From Rebecca billardiae RCC1528 (taxonomy: Eukaryota > Protista > Haptophyta), in contig OZ251238.1 of NCBI GenBank assembly GCA_965240325.2, positions 1,364,001 through 1,428,000 on the forward strand: DNA of 64,000 nt. The letters run 5' to 3'. This document shows, in pieces, positions 28,462 to 41,254 of the stretch; position 1 is the first letter of the stretch; each line of letters starts with the position of its first letter. The notes under the pieces are model-generated. The model had not been told where the DNA came from, did not search any database, and saw only the letters and a list, made by a program, of their open reading frames with translations. Position numbers and translations under genes: made by a program.

Positions 28462-31453
28462 ATGCTCTCCGCGCTCGTCGCCGCGCTCGCGCTCGGCGCC
28501 CGGCCCCGTGGGGCGTGCGACGGCGCGAGCGCGCGCCTCCCCTTCTGCAACGCCTCGCTCCCGGACGCCGCGCGCGCCGACGACCTCCTCGGCCGCCTGT
28601 CGATTTCCGAAATGATCGATTTGATCGGGCACGACCAGAACGAGGGCGGCGCGGTCCTGCCGCCGTACAGCTGGTGGAACGAGGCGCTGCACGGCGTGGC
28701 GAGCAGCCCGGGCGTCCACTTTGGCGGCGGCGCGCCCATCGCCGCCGCCACCTCCTTCGCCCAGGTCATCGGCATGGCGGCTTCGTTCAACCGGACGCTG
28801 TGGCGCGCGGTCGGCACCGCGGTCGGGATCGAGGCGCGCGCGCTGGCGAACGGCGGGCAGGCCGGGCGCACGTTCTGGGCGCCGAACGTGAACCTCTTCC
28901 GCGACCCGCGCTGGGGCCGCGGGCAGGAGACCCCCGGCGAGGACCCAACCGTCGCCGCGACGTATGCGTTTGAATTCGTGTCGGGAGTCGAGAGCCGCAG
29001 CCGCGACGGCTCGCGCGTGCGCGTCGCCGCGTGCTGCAAGCACCTGACGGCGGTGCGTCGCGGCGGGGGCGCGCGGCGGGGTGGCCACGCGCGGGGCGTG
29101 GGGAGGGCGCGGCGCGCGCGTGCGCGTCGCCGCGTGCTGCAAGCACCTGACGGCGGTGCGTCGCGGCGGGCGCGCGCGGTGGGGTGCGGCCACGCGCGCG
29201 GGCTGTGCGGAGGCCGCGAGCACCGACGCCCGCGCCCGGCGCCGCCCCACGCGGCTGACGCTCCGCGCGCCCGCCGCGCCCGCCGCGCCCGCCGCGCCCA
29301 AGCAGTATGACGTCGAGGGCGCGGAGGGCGTGGACCGGCACTCGTTCGACGCAGACGTGGCGCGGCGCGACCTCGAGGAGAGCTTCAACGTCCCCTTCGA
29401 GGCGTGCGTGCGCGCCGCGCGCGTGAGCGGGCTCATGTGCGCTTACAACGCCGTGCGCGGCGTGCCCGCGTGCGCGAGCCACGCGCTGCTCACGGGCCTC
29501 GCGCGCGAGCGCTGGGGGTTTGACGGCTACGTCACGTCGGACTGCGGCGCGGTGCGCGACGTGCGCGATGCGCACAAGTACACGCGCACGGCCGCGCAGA
29601 CGGTGCGCGCCGTGCTCCGCGCCGGGATGGACGTGGACTGCGGCACCTTCGTGGCCGAGCACGCCGCGGCCGCGCTCGCGCGCGGCGCGCTCGAGCCGGC
29701 CCTGCTCGCGCGCGCGGCGCGTCGGCTGCTGCTCGTGCTGCTGCGCGTCGGCCACTTCGACGCGCAGGCGGCGCCGCCGAGCGCGGACTCGCGGCTGGGG
29801 CCGGCCGAAGTCGACACGCCGGCGCACCGCGCGCTCGCGCTCGAGTCCGCCGCGCAGGGGCTCACGCTGCTGGTGAACGACGGGGGCGCGCTGCCACTCC
29901 TGGCCGGCGGCGCAATCTCGCGCGATCTCGGCAGCGGCGGCACAATCTCGCGCGATCTCGCCGCCGCCGACGGGGTCGCGCGCGCGCGCGGCGCGGCGCG
30001 AGGGTTTGAACTCGCGCTGATTGGCGAGCTCGCGCTCGCGCCAGTCCGGCTGCAGGGCGACTACTCCGGACCGCTACCCTTCAAGCGCACGCTGCTCGAC
30101 GCGCTCCGCGCAGGGCCGCACGCGCTGCCGCCGGGCGCGCGCGTGCGGTACGCGCGCGGCTGCGGCGTGGACAACGCGTCGGACACGGTGGCGATCGGCG
30201 AGGCGGCGAGGCTCGCCGCGCGCGCGGACGCGACGGTGCTCTTCCTCGGCCTCGACCAAGCCCAGGAGTGGGAGGGGCGGGACCGCACCACGCTCGAGCT
30301 GCCGGGCGCGCAGCCCGCGCTCGCGGCGGCGGTCGCGCGCGCGGCCAAGGAAAGTCCGGTGATCCTGGTCCTGGCGTGCGGCGGTCCGGTGGACGTGCGC
30401 GCGCAGCTCGCGCTGCCGCCGGTGCGCGCGGCGCTGTGGGTGGGGTACCCGGGGCAGGCGGCGGGCGACGCGATCGCCGCCGTGCTCACCGGCGCGCGCA
30501 GCCCAGCGGGCCGGCTGCCTATCACGTGGTACCCACGTGAGTATGTTGAGCGAGTCTCGCCCCTCGACATGCGCCTTCGGGCCGATCCCCGCAGCACGCC
30601 GCCGTTCCCCGGGCGCACGCACCGCTTCTACCGCGGGCCGTGCGTCTTCGAGTTCGGCCACGGTCTCACTTACGCTCGGCTGCGCGCGCCGCTGCTCCGC
30701 GTGCGCAGCGCCGCGGCGGCGGGCGGCGGCGGGCCCACGCTGCGAGTCAGCGCGGTGGCCGCTGCGCTGCGCGGCGCGGCGCCGCCGCCGCAGCACGGCG
30801 GCGGTGCTGTGGGTGACGACGAGGGCGGCGCGGGCGCGCCTCCACACCGGCCTGGTCCCACCCAGCCTCCGCACTGGCTGCTGGCGCCCCCTGTCGCGTT
30901 TGTGGACGTCACGGTCCAGAGGTGCTGCGGCGCGTGCGCACCCGAGCGCGTGGGCGGCGTGCGCGCCGCGCCCGGCGCGCCGCCCGGCGCGAGCGCTGGG
31001 CAAGCCTGGGGGGATGGGGCCCCGACCGAGCTTGAGCTGGTCGTGCTCGTGCGCCTCTCCGCCCCGCCGCACAGCAGCCGCACGCACGCCGCGGCGGAGG
31101 TGGCGGGCTTCGAGCGCGTGCGCGTGCGCGAGTGCGAGCCCACGACCGTCGCCGTGCCCATCGCGGCTTATCACCTGAGCGCCCTGCTCGAGCCTGGCGG
31201 CCGCAGAGCGCGGCACGGGCGCGCGGCGGTGGGGCGCGCGGCGGGGGGAGTCCGGCCGGGCGCGGAGTCTGCCGCGGCCGGCGAGGCCTCGCCCGACGCT
31301 GCTCCCGATGGCTCCGCGCACGATGCCAACGGCAATGCCGAGGCTGACGCCGATGATGACTACGCGTGGCCGCCGGCGCGCACGGCCGTCGCCGGCGTCT
31401 GGACAGTGCGCGTCGACGGCGCGAGCGCGGAGCTCCGGGTGGTGGACGGATGA
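28462..31453 (+). CDS. GH3 beta-D-xylosidase/arabinofuranosidase (BXL-like)
   Basis: Signal peptide; WWNEALHGVA; WAPNVNLFRDPRWGRGQETPGEDP; CCKH; GYVTSDCGAV (nucleophile); GYPGQAAG; FEFGHGLTY. Intron at 29053-29305. Confidence 0.93.
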
Positions 31454-31742
31454 GGCGAGGCACTGCTGCTGCTAGACTTGCGGGCGAGAGGGCATACACG
31501 CCCGCGCTGCAGCGCGCACGTGTGCGTGCAACGATGAGTGCGGTCGACGGACTTCGAAAGGATCATCACATTATTCATATCGTCGTCCGGTCATCAGCAT
31601 CAGGATTCAGGACTTCAGGCTATGATGAGTATGATTGTGCACAGGACTTGCTGCTGGGCCGGACGCAGCAATGGCGGCGGGCGGCCCGGGCCGGCCGCGA
31701 CCGCTGGCGAGACCGAGGCGAGCGCCAGGCCGCGCGGCGAGC

Positions 31743-32981
31743 ATGGCCTGCGCGCTCGCGGCGATCTGCGTGCCGTGCGACCCGGCGTGCGGCGGCGCCG
31801 TCCGCCGCCGCCTCCCCCTCGCGCCGGGCGCGCCCGCCGCCGCGCGCGCGCGCGCGCCGCCGCGCTGGGGCGACGACGACGGCGCCGAGCCCGCCCCCGG
31901 GACGTACTGCGCGTGCACCTCGGTGTGCGCGGCCGACGCCACGGCGGCGGGCGCGCGCAACGCCTCCTCCTGCTTCGACCCGATCGCGAGCTGCGCGCAC
32001 GCCGTCGAGCGCCTCCGGCCCGCCGGCCGGAACTATTCACTTGCGCTGCTCGACTGGAATACCGTTTATCGCGTCTCGGACGTGCTGCGGAGCCGGGGCA
32101 CGCGCTGGCGGCTCGACGCGGTGACCATCCTGTGCGAGCCGCGGTACCGCGCCTCCCTCCTCCGTGCGGCGCTCGTCGCCGAGACCACCGTCGGCGGGCG
32201 CCGCGCGGCGCGGCTCCTTCCCGCGGCGCTCGAGGCGGCGATCGCCGAACGGTCTGACGATGGGCTCGGCGGCCGGCCGGGGCGTGCGGGACTGGTGGGG
32301 CGCGAGGGGCTGAGCGGGATCGTGCTGCCGCCGAGCGCGGTCCCCGCCTACGCCAGGGCGCTGCTCCGCGCGCACGCCGCCGGCCGCTGCGCCGAGGCGC
32401 CGCGCGACGCGCTCGTCGTCGTCGCCAGGCTTGGGGATGGCGTAGGTTCTCCGGAGAAGCACGTGCAAGCGCTCGGCGCCGAGATGGCGCGGGCGGCGGC
32501 GGAGCTGCGCGCGCGCGGCACGCCCGCGCGCAGCGCGATCGTCTCGGGCGTGCTGAACTACGCCACCAACCCGCTCCGGCTGCAGCGCGGCAAGCGCCCC
32601 GCCTACTCGCGCCGCGCGTGGCGGGACGAGGCCTCAGTCGCCGTGGTCGATGGACTGCTTGGGCGCGCGGCGGCGCTCGGGCTGGCGGCGCGCGTGCGCT
32701 CCGAGCCGGTGGTGGACGAGGACCTGTGCTTCTACGTGTTCGCGGCGCACGTGCTCGTGCGCCCGGGCAAGAACGGCTTCGCGTGCCTCGTGCGCATGCT
32801 CCGCGACGAGGTGGCGAGGCTGCAGGGCGCGCCGACCGCCGCCGCGGCTGGCGGGGGCGCGCCGCCGCCGCCCCAACGGCCCGTCGCGCTGCGGGCGGGC
32901 GGCGGCGGCGCTCCGAACGGCAGCGCATCCGCCGCGCTGGTGGACACGCTCGGGCTCACCGAGAGCTACTGCAAGAGCTGA
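31743..32981 (+). CDS. Hypothetical protein with GT11/fucosyltransferase-like C-terminal motifs
   Basis: Intact ORF with host-like codon use; LVVVARLGDG and DEDLCFYVFAAHVLVRPGKNGF resemble GDP-fucose-binding motifs. Confidence 0.45.
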   Translation: MACALAAICVPCDPACGGAVRRRLPLAPGAPAAARARAPPRWGDDDGAEPAPGTYCACTSVCAADATAAGARNASSCFDPIASCAHAVERLRPAGRNYSLALLDWNTVYRVSDVLRSRGTRWRLDAVTILCEPRYRASLLRAALVAETTVGGRRAARLLPAALEAAIAERSDDGLGGRPGRAGLVGREGLSGIVLPPSAVPAYARALLRAHAAGRCAEAPRDALVVVARLGDGVGSPEKHVQALGAEMARAAAELRARGTPARSAIVSGVLNYATNPLRLQRGKRPAYSRRAWRDEASVAVVDGLLGRAAALGLAARVRSEPVVDEDLCFYVFAAHVLVRPGKNGFACLVRMLRDEVARLQGAPTAAAAGGGAPPPPQRPVALRAGGGGAPNGSASAALVDTLGLTESYCKS

Positions 32982-33556
32982 CGCGCTTCTCCCGCCGCCT
33001 CGGCGCGTGCTGTGCTCAGGCGCATCGGTCGAAGCCGCGGCGCTGCTGCCTGCCACTACTGGCAGGAAGTGCGGCCGGCGCGCCGATAATGAGTCTGAAG
33101 TCTGAGCACGCGCCGAGCTTGCGGGAGATGCGCATCAGCTCTCGCACTAGCAGCAGCAGCAGCACTGCAGCAGCAGCCCGTCCGGCAGAGATCGTCGGGC
33201 CGAGCCCACGCAATGTCGACCGGTGCGGCGGACGGGCCGCTGCCGTTCCGGGCCAGCAACGCCGCCGCGCGCCCGCGCTGCGAGTCCGCGTTGGGACCGC
33301 CGGGGTCTGCGCGCGCCGCAGCCAGCAGCCGTCGGCCGCCATCGTCGATAATAATAATAAAGGCGCCCCTGCGAAAGGACCATATCCAATAAATTCGGAG
33401 GCCTCCGCCGCCATCGTGCGACGCCGAGCCAATCGGCAGGGCGAGTCCACGTGCAGCCAGCGGCCGTCGCACGGGCGTGACTTCGCGCGGCTGCTCGCGC
33501 GGAGGGAACCGGCGCGCGCGCGGAGGCGGGCGTGCGGCGCCCTCGGCAGCAGCAGC

Positions 33557-34129
33557 ATGGTGCAGATCACCTCCTTCGAGCAGTTCTTCGAGGAGGCGGA
33601 CAAGCTCTACACGTCTGCGCCGGCGTACACGCGCTTCTCTGTCAAGTACAGGCACTGCGACGGGAAGGCGGTCTTCAAGGTGACGAACGACGTGCTGGTA
33701 CGCGCGTGGTGGGGCGCGGTGGGGCGTGACGCGCGCTCGTACCCCTGCTCCCTCGCTCTCACACGCCCTGCACGCCCACCCGCCCGCCTCGCGGCCCCGG
33801 CTCTCGCGCCGCGCGCCCACCGCACGAATCTGTCAGACGATCACGTTCACCACCGACCAGCAGTCGGACCTGCGCAAGCTGGAGAAGCTGAACGGCTACT
33901 TCTTCGCGCGGATGACGGGGTGCGACCCAGCCGAGAACGAGGCCGGTGCGCGCGCGACCCCGGCACGCCCCTGCCCGCCGCTCGTCGTCGCGGCCGTACG
34001 CTCACGATCGCTCGGCCTGCCCCGGCCCCCGCGTCGGGCTGCGCGCCCTCCGCCGGCGGCGCACGCGCGCGCGCAGAGGCGCAGCCGGAGCCGTCCAAGC
34101 CCCGCTCGGGCAAGTCGCGCAAGAGATGA
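33557..34129 (+). CDS. SRP9: Signal recognition particle 9 kDa subunit (exons 33557-33697, 33837-33945, 34077-34129)
   Basis: MVQITSFEQFFEEADKLY..P..TRFSVKYRHCDGKAVFKVTND|..TDQQSDLRKLEKLN. Confidence 0.92.
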   Translation: MVQITSFEQFFEEADKLYTSAPAYTRFSVKYRHCDGKAVFKVTNDVLVRAWWGAVGRDARSYPCSLALTRPARPPARLAAPALAPRAHRTNLSDDHVHHRPAVGPAQAGEAERLLLRADDGVRPSRERGRCARDPGTPLPAARRRGRTLTIARPAPAPASGCAPSAGGARARAEAQPEPSKPRSGKSRKR

Positions 34130-34556
34130 GAGGCGCGCGGACTCCGCCCTGGCGCGAGGCGCGCGCGGCGCGCCACGCTCCTCGGGCTGAGGGGCGGACG
34201 CGCCGAGGGCGCCCCACTGCGGCGCGTCTCTCACGTGACACACCACGCGCGCGGCTCGGCGCGCGACATGTCGGGTCCGGGGTTCGGCGGCGGCGCGATC
34301 CGCCGCAGGCCAAGAGGATGCTCATTTGCACGCCGATCTCCTCTCGCTGCACCGCCTCGAGCCTGCGCACGCGGGCTTGGCATCATGGGCCGGATGGCCG
34401 ATCAGCATACTACGCTACTTCATGACAAGTCCGCCGCTGGCTGCAACTCTGCAAGTGGCATACAGTATATGCTGAGTTATGACGGGCGTGGCTGAATGCC
34501 GCCTGCTGATGAATAATTATATAATTATCTATATATATATAGATAATAGATACATA

Positions 34557-36488
34557 CCAGGTCGTTCCCCCTGCACTGGGAATCCGCGGTTTGGACATAC
34601 GAGAAAAACAGCCGCAGGACGCACCCGTCGCTACCCGCGAATAAGAATTTCAGGTCTCGCGGGTGCGGATGTGCGTCAATCGATGAGCTGGTCTCGCAAT
34701 CCCAAAATTGAGCCGCAATGAGATACTGTAGATGGTGCAGGGAGCCCCCGGCCGGTGGCGGCTCGGCAGGCGAGGGCCGACCAAATCTTGACCTTTGCCC
34801 TCGGCGGCAGGGCGGGCAGGCGAAGGCGGCCGAGCGCCGTTGGCGGCCGGCGCGCCCGGGGCACGGCGCTGCGGGCGCGGATGTGCTCGCGGAGCCGGCT
34901 TGCGTGGACAGGCTGTTGCGGGAGAGTATATGGCGCCCTCCTGCGCCGCGCGTCTCGCGCCACGCCTCTTTTCGCCGCGGCTCAGGGCAGCGCGCACGCG
35001 CGCGCCGCCTCGGAGGCCAGGGCCGCACCGTGCCCGCGCCGCAGCCGCAACCGCGCGCGCGCCGTGCGCGGCGTGGTCGGGAAGGAACGGGGGGTGCTGC
35101 CGGGCGAGATGACGACATCATGTGCGCACGCCATGCCGCCCCGCGGCGCCGCGAAAGGGCACGATAACGGATCCGCACAGCTGTTGACGAGTGCTGATTT
35201 CTTGTCGTGCCTGAAGCCAGACCTCGGAGCTCGAAGAAGATGATGAAAGTGCATCCGCGCGAGGAAAGCGTCGCACCCAGCACTTCTACACGACCACGTG
35301 GTGATGAACATTCATGTAAGAGTATCCCGCGTGCCCGCTTGGCACTGTTCTGTGTCTCAATGATCGTCCCGGCAAGGGTCACGACCGCGAGGCCGTGGCA
35401 CACCATTCATAGTGTGACAACTCGAAGAGGCGTGCAAACGGACCAGCGACACGCTCGGCAAGGCGTGGCGGGGCGGCATGGCGTGCGCACATGATATCGC
35501 CATCTCGCCCGGCAGCCGTGCCCGTTCCTTCCCGACCACGCCGCGCACGGCGCGCACGCGGTCGGCTGCGGCGCAGGCAAGGCTGGCCTTGAGGCGACGC
35601 GCCGCGTGCGCGCTGCCCTGAGCCGAGGCGAAAGAGGCGTGGCGCAAGTCGCGCGGTGCAGGAGGGCGGCAGATACTCTCCCACAACAGCCCGTCCACGC
35701 ACGCCGGCTCCGCAAGCACATCCGCGCCCGCAGCGCCCTGGCCCGGGCGCGGCCCCCAGCGGTCACAACCGCGAGGCCGCGTGCACACCATTTGTGACAA
35801 CTCGAAGAGGCGTGCAAATGGACCAGCGACACGCTCGGCAAGGCGTGGCGGGGCGGCATGGCGTGCGCACATGATATCGCCATCTCGCCCGGCAGCCGCG
35901 CCCGTTCCTTCCCGACCACGCCGCGCACGGCGCGCGCGCGGTCGGCTGCGGCGCAGGCCGAAGGCTGGCCCCGGAGGCGGCGCGCGCGTGCGCGCTGCCC
36001 TGAGCCGAGGCGAAAGAGGCGTGGCGCAAGTCGCGCGGCGCAGGAGGGCGGCAGATACTCTCCCGCAACAGCCCGTCCACGCACGCCGGCTCCGCAAGCA
36101 CATCCGCGCCCCCCAGCGCCGGGCCAGCTGCATCGCACTCGCCGCCCGGCCGCAGGCGCAGGGGGCGGGTCAGAATCGGTGCTCCGCACCCGCGGGAGGG
36201 CTCCCGCCTCCGCGGTTGCACGCGAAGAACTCATTTCCAGCGCCTCGATTTCGTGAGCGGACTATCGCTGACGAGGCTGATTACTGCGTTCCACGGCTTT
36301 GCCGCGCTCGGGATTTGGGTTCTCTAATGGATGGATGTACTTTCGTCATTTTCAATTGGAAACCTCGATTAGATCGTTCAAGTGGTCTGATAGAGCAAGC
36401 GGAAGAATAAATCTGCGTTGCTATGCCGCGGCCTCGTGCTCTGAATAGTGCGAAACCGCGGATTCCCAGTGCAGGGGGAACGACCTGG
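34557..36488. mobile_element. Non-autonomous fold-back DNA transposon with perfect 36-bp TIRs and TA TSD (Tc1/mariner-type signature)
   Basis: TA|CCAGGTCGTTCCCCCTGCACTGGGAATCCGCGGTTT at 34557-34592 and its exact reverse complement at 36453-36488|TA. Long imperfect internal inverted arms and a ~350-bp internal tandem duplication. Confidence 0.9.
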
Positions 36489-37146
36489 TAGATAGACGAT
36501 AGATAGTAGCAGTAGATCATCTATAGATAGTGCGTGCTGAATTTTATATAATACCGCGCTGATGCTGCTGTGAGTAACTACGATATCTGAGTAACTCCGA
36601 CCGGAAGCAAGCGGAACTAGTAAATAGTAATAATAATACTGACACTGACTGATATGACTCGTCAATGATCATGATGCTGCTCACTGACAGAGCGTGGCGA
36701 ACTGGTTGCCGCGGTACCGTCGTGCGCTGCCCGCAGGGTCCGCGTGTTATTGCGTGAGTACATGAGCCGTCGACCAATGAATGCATTATGATGCGCAGCA
36801 CGCGCCCTCGTCGCGACTCGGCCCAGGCCGACGCACGCCGGCTAGCGACGGGCGGAGGCAGAGCCGGGTAGGGCCTTGGTCCCCTCGCCCACGCCTGCGC
36901 AATCAGCCTGCTGGCGCGGGCTGTGCCAGCCGCCGCCGCCGCCGCCGCGACCACTGGCCCTCTGCGGCCGCCTCATGCGGCTGCACTCGCACTCGCGGCC
37001 AGGCCGCGTCGGCCGAGTGCGCCCCGCCGGCCTTGCTGCCTGCCGCCACGTGCCCGCCGCCTCCCTCTCCTCACCCGCCGCCCTCCCCCCCGCCGCACGC
37101 GCGCGCTCGTCGCGCGCCCTCGAGCCGCTGGCGCGGTGCGGCCGCC

Positions 37147-40100
37147 TCATCCGAACGTGAACCCGCCCTGCGGCACGCCGCTCGCCTGCTGCGGCTGGAA
37201 GACAAAGCCCTGCCCGTCCATGGTGGGCGCGACGGACGTGTCCTCTTCGTCGTCGATGCCAAAGTACTGCTCGAGGATGTGCACCGCCTTCTTGTACACG
37301 TCCTCGTTCTGGTGCGACTGCAGCGACTGCGCGGCACCGCACAGCCGGGCGGGCGGGTGGGCGGGCAGTCAGCCGGGTCGGGCAGCGGGCAGTTCAGCGC
37401 GCACCACACACAGAGCCGGCTCCCAGCTCGCAGCAGGGCGCGGTCCCGGGTGCGCGCGCGCGCGGTGGTTGTGGTGGTGATGACGCCATCGTCAGGCGCA
37501 GCGCGACACGCCGGGCCCTGCCGGAACCCCGCCACCGCACGCGTGCCACGCTCGGCCCTGCCCGAGGGAGCCGCCCGCCCGCCACTGCGCCACGCTCGGC
37601 CCTGCCCGAGGGAGGCAGCCCGCCCGCCACTGCACGCACCTCGAGTTTGTCCAATCCCTCGGCCTCGTCCACGAACGCCGTGTACGGGTTCTGCGGGAAC
37701 TGCGCCGGGTTGGAGTTCATCTCCTGCTCGCCCGCCTGAGGGGAGGGGAGGGGGAGGGTGGGCGTGGGCCTCGGTGCGCCAGCCGCTGCTCGGCCGGTGT
37801 GCGGCGCGGAGGCGGAGGAGGCCGCGCCCGCGCGCGCGCGCGCGCACACGCGCGCGCGCACACGCGAACACACACGCACACACACACGCGCACACACGCA
37901 CACGCACGCACACGCACACGCGAACACACACGCACACACCCACGCACACACACGCGCGCGCGCCCGGCCGGCGTGCCGCACCTTGAGAATGTTCTCAATC
38001 CCCTCGAGCGCGACCGTGATGAGGCGCGCGTCCGCCACGACCAGAAGGTCGCACAGCGGCTTGATGCAGCCCTGCTTCACGAGGTACGCGATCTGAGGGC
38101 CAGAGGGGAGGGGGTTAGGGTTGGGGGTAGGGTTAAAGTTAGGGGGCGGGGACACGGGCGGGGTCGGCACCGGCGCGCCCACGAGCGCGCGCACACGCGC
38201 ACGCACACGCGCACGCGCACGCGCACACACACGCGCGCGCACACGCGCACGCGCACACGCACACACGCACGCACGCACACATTACACGCACCTGCTCGGG
38301 CGAGCCGCCCGACGTCGCGTTCGAGATGGACCAGGCCGCCTCCTTCTTGATGTCGAACTCCGCCGTCTGCAGCAGCTGCACGAGCGGGGGCACCACGTTG
38401 GCCTGTGCGCGCGCGCGGTGGACGGGTGGTGCGGCGGCGGGGAGGGCGCGCGCGCGTGAGCCGCGGGCGCGCGCGGCACGCTCGCGCATGCGTCCACGCA
38501 CACACACACACACCGCCGCGCGCGCGCGCGAAAGCCCAACCCCCCTTTGCCCGCGCGCGCAGGGCACCGCACCGCACCGCACCGCACCGCGCGCAGGCGG
38601 CCGCGCGGCCGTGCAGGGCTGCGCCGCCGCCGGCAGCTGCAGCCCCGCGCACCCGGCGCTCCCCCGCGCGAGCTCGCCATCTCGCGCCACGCGCGCTCCC
38701 CCCCGCGCGCTCGCCATCTCGCGCCACAAGCGCGCCCCCGCGCGCGAGCGCGCCATCTCGGCGCGCGCGCGCTCCCCCGCGCGCGCGAGCTCGCGATCTC
38801 GGCGCGCGCGCGCGCCCCCGCGCGCGAGATCGCGATCTCGGCGCGCACCTCGATCACCGCCTGAATCTGCTCGCGCGTGCCGGCGGTGATGTTGGAGATC
38901 GTCCAGCACGCCTCCTTGCGGATGCCCTTCTTGGGCGAGCCGAGCAGCTTGAGCAGCTTGGGCAGCACGCCGCAGTTGATCACCGCCTGCGTCTGCATGT
39001 CGTCGCCCGTGACGATGTTGCCCGCCGTGCGGAGCGCGGGCGTCTGCACGCTCGCCTGCGCCTGCCCCATGAGCTCCACGACGCGCGGGCAGATACCGGT
39101 ATCCAGAACGGCCTGGATCTTCTCGTTCGGCCCGTCGGAGAGGTAGCTGAGCGCCCAGCACCCGTCGGCCAGCACCTCCTCGTCGTTCGAGAAGATCAGC
39201 TGCGCCAGCTTCGGCAGCGCCGGAAGCACCAACTCCCATCTCGGCTGCGGCTTCCCCCTGCACAAGTTGGACAGCGTCCACGTGGCGTTCCGGAGCATAG
39301 ACATCTTGGAGTTGGGGTTGAGCTGCTCGAGCAGCGGCAGCAGCGCGCCGTGGTTCAGCACCAGGTCGCGGCACTCGGGCGAGTCGCCCGCGATGTTGCC
39401 CAGCGCCCACACGGCCTGCGCGCGCGCCGAGCGAGCGAGCAATCCGAGCGCGCGCGCGGTGGCGCGCGCGTGCACGCCGCCGCGCCGCGCCGCGAGCGCG
39501 CGCGCGCGCGCCGCGCGGCGAGAGGCGGCGGTGGGGCGAGGGAGCGGGCGTGAGCGCGCGGCGCACGCGCGGGCGGGCTCGGGCGCCAGCCCGGGCGCAC
39601 CGCCCGCCCTCGCGCACAGCGTGGCAGACCCGCCCGCTCGCGGCCGCCCGCTCGCGGCGCGGCGTGCGCGGCGCTCTCCGCGCGGCGCGCGCGCGCGGCG
39701 ACGGGGGCGCGCGGTGGCGCGGCGGATGCGCGCGGCCCCGCGCCTCGCACCTGCTCGCGCACGTCGTCGTTCAGCGAGAGCAGCAGCTGCACGAAGATCG
39801 GAACGGCCCCGTTGGAAATCACTTCGCGCGTGTGCTCCGACGTGCCGGACGCGATGTTGGTGAGCGCCCAGGCGGCCTCGAACTGCAGCGCGGGGTTGTC
39901 CGCGCACTGGAGGAGCTGGACGAACCGCGGCACCACGCCCGCGTTGATCACCTCCTCGATCGGCGGCGAGCGCTCGATCGAGAGCAGCTTGCGAAACTGT
40001 GTGACCGCTTGCAGCTGGAGCGACGGGTCGTCAGAGTTGATGGAGGCGACGAGCTGCTCGGGGTTGGCGCCCTGCCACGCCTGCAGGCCGAGGTTGCCGA

Positions 40101-40299
40101 ACGACTCGGAGTGCGCGGGCGGCGCGGGCTGCCCGCCGAAGCGCTTCTTCTGCAGGTTCTCTGCGCGCTTCTCCTTGCGGATCGAGATCGTCGTCTCCTC
40201 GCGGTTCCGGCGCGCGTCGTCCTTGTCGAGGGTCTTGTAGCGCGCCGAGTTGAGGCGGCGCGAGGCGGCCGCGCTCTCGGGACGCTCTTCGGAGTCCAT
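37147..40299 (-). CDS. KPNA: Importin subunit alpha (karyopherin alpha), multi-exon
   Basis: IBB domain ([24 protein letters not shown]), ARM repeats ([37 protein letters not shown]), C-terminus ..GGFTFG*. Confidence 0.97.
37830..38290. repeat. Intronic alternating purine-pyrimidine (CA/CG)n tracts
   Basis: Tracts at ~37830-37960 and ~38185-38290 inside importin-alpha introns. Confidence 0.8.
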
Positions 40300-40552
40300 C
40301 GCGGCCGGCGGGACGGGTCGAGCGCGCTGGGCGCCTGGTGCTCGCGACGGCGAGGAAGCGCGCCCCGCAGCGGAGCGCTAGGCTGTGCGCGCGCGCTGAC
40401 CAAGGATGGCGCGCCCGCCGCCCGGAGCGTTGAAGGGTGTGGCCCCGGACTCTTGCAGACCCCCTGGTCGGCGCGCTTGCGCCCGCCTGCCGCCATCTCC
40501 CGGACTTTCAACATGTGAGCGGCCAGCGGTCGGCAGATCGACGGCGGCGAAA

Positions 40553-41254
40553 ATGGTGCTGCTGCTGCGCCGAGCCGCGCTGGGCGTGGGCGCGGCGATC
40601 GCGGGGACGGGGACCTCCCTGGCGTTCGCGCTGCAGCAGCCCGGCCCGCCCCGCTCGGCGCTATCGCCCCGGCCCGTCGTGTACTACGTGGCCAGCTCGC
40701 TCGACGGCTTCATCGCGGGCGAGGGCGACGACCTCTCGTGGCTCGGCGGCCGCGAAGATGCGGTGCTGGCCGGCGCCAACGGCGAGCTGGCCGAGATCGA
40801 CTTTGGCGGCTTCTACGCCGGGGTCGAGTACACCGTCTCCGGCAGCCGCACGTACGACTGGGTCCGCGCGCAGGGCGTCGACGACCCGTACCCGACGAGC
40901 ACCAACTACGTCCTCACCTCGCGCGCGCGAGAGAGAGAGCCTGACCCGCGCGCCATCTTCGCGGACGAGCCGGCGGCAGAGTTGGTGCGCCGGCTGCGGG
41001 TGGCGGAGGGCGCGCCGGGGCGCGCGCGCGGCGCGGTGTGGATCGTCGGCGGCGGACGCCTCGCCACGCAGCTGCTGCGCGCCGGACTGGTCGACACGCT
41101 CGAGGTGAGCGTGCACCCGGTCCTGCTCGGCCGCGGCGCGCCGCTCGTGAGCGCCGAGCTCGGCGAGGCGCGCGTGGACCTGCGCATGCGGGAGGCGGTG
41201 CCGATAAAGAACGGCGTGCTCCGCGTCGTCTACGACGTGGTGCACGCCGGCTGA
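40553..41254 (+). CDS. Dihydrofolate reductase-like / RibD C-terminal domain protein with N-terminal targeting extension
   Basis: VVYYVASSLDGFIAG..DDLSWL, GSRTYD, VWIVGGGRLA, GLVDTLEVSVHPVLLGRGAPL. Intronless. Confidence 0.9.
   Translation: MVLLLRRAALGVGAAIAGTGTSLAFALQQPGPPRSALSPRPVVYYVASSLDGFIAGEGDDLSWLGGREDAVLAGANGELAEIDFGGFYAGVEYTVSGSRTYDWVRAQGVDDPYPTSTNYVLTSRAREREPDPRAIFADEPAAELVRRLRVAEGAPGRARGAVWIVGGGRLATQLLRAGLVDTLEVSVHPVLLGRGAPLVSAELGEARVDLRMREAVPIKNGVLRVVYDVVHAG

Noticed and set aside
34650-36410. Repeated similar ORFs in the fold-back elements (also at 49740-50876) as a gene family or transposase
   Set aside because: They arise from the repeated arms in several frames. No DDE, THAP or HTH motif is recognisable.
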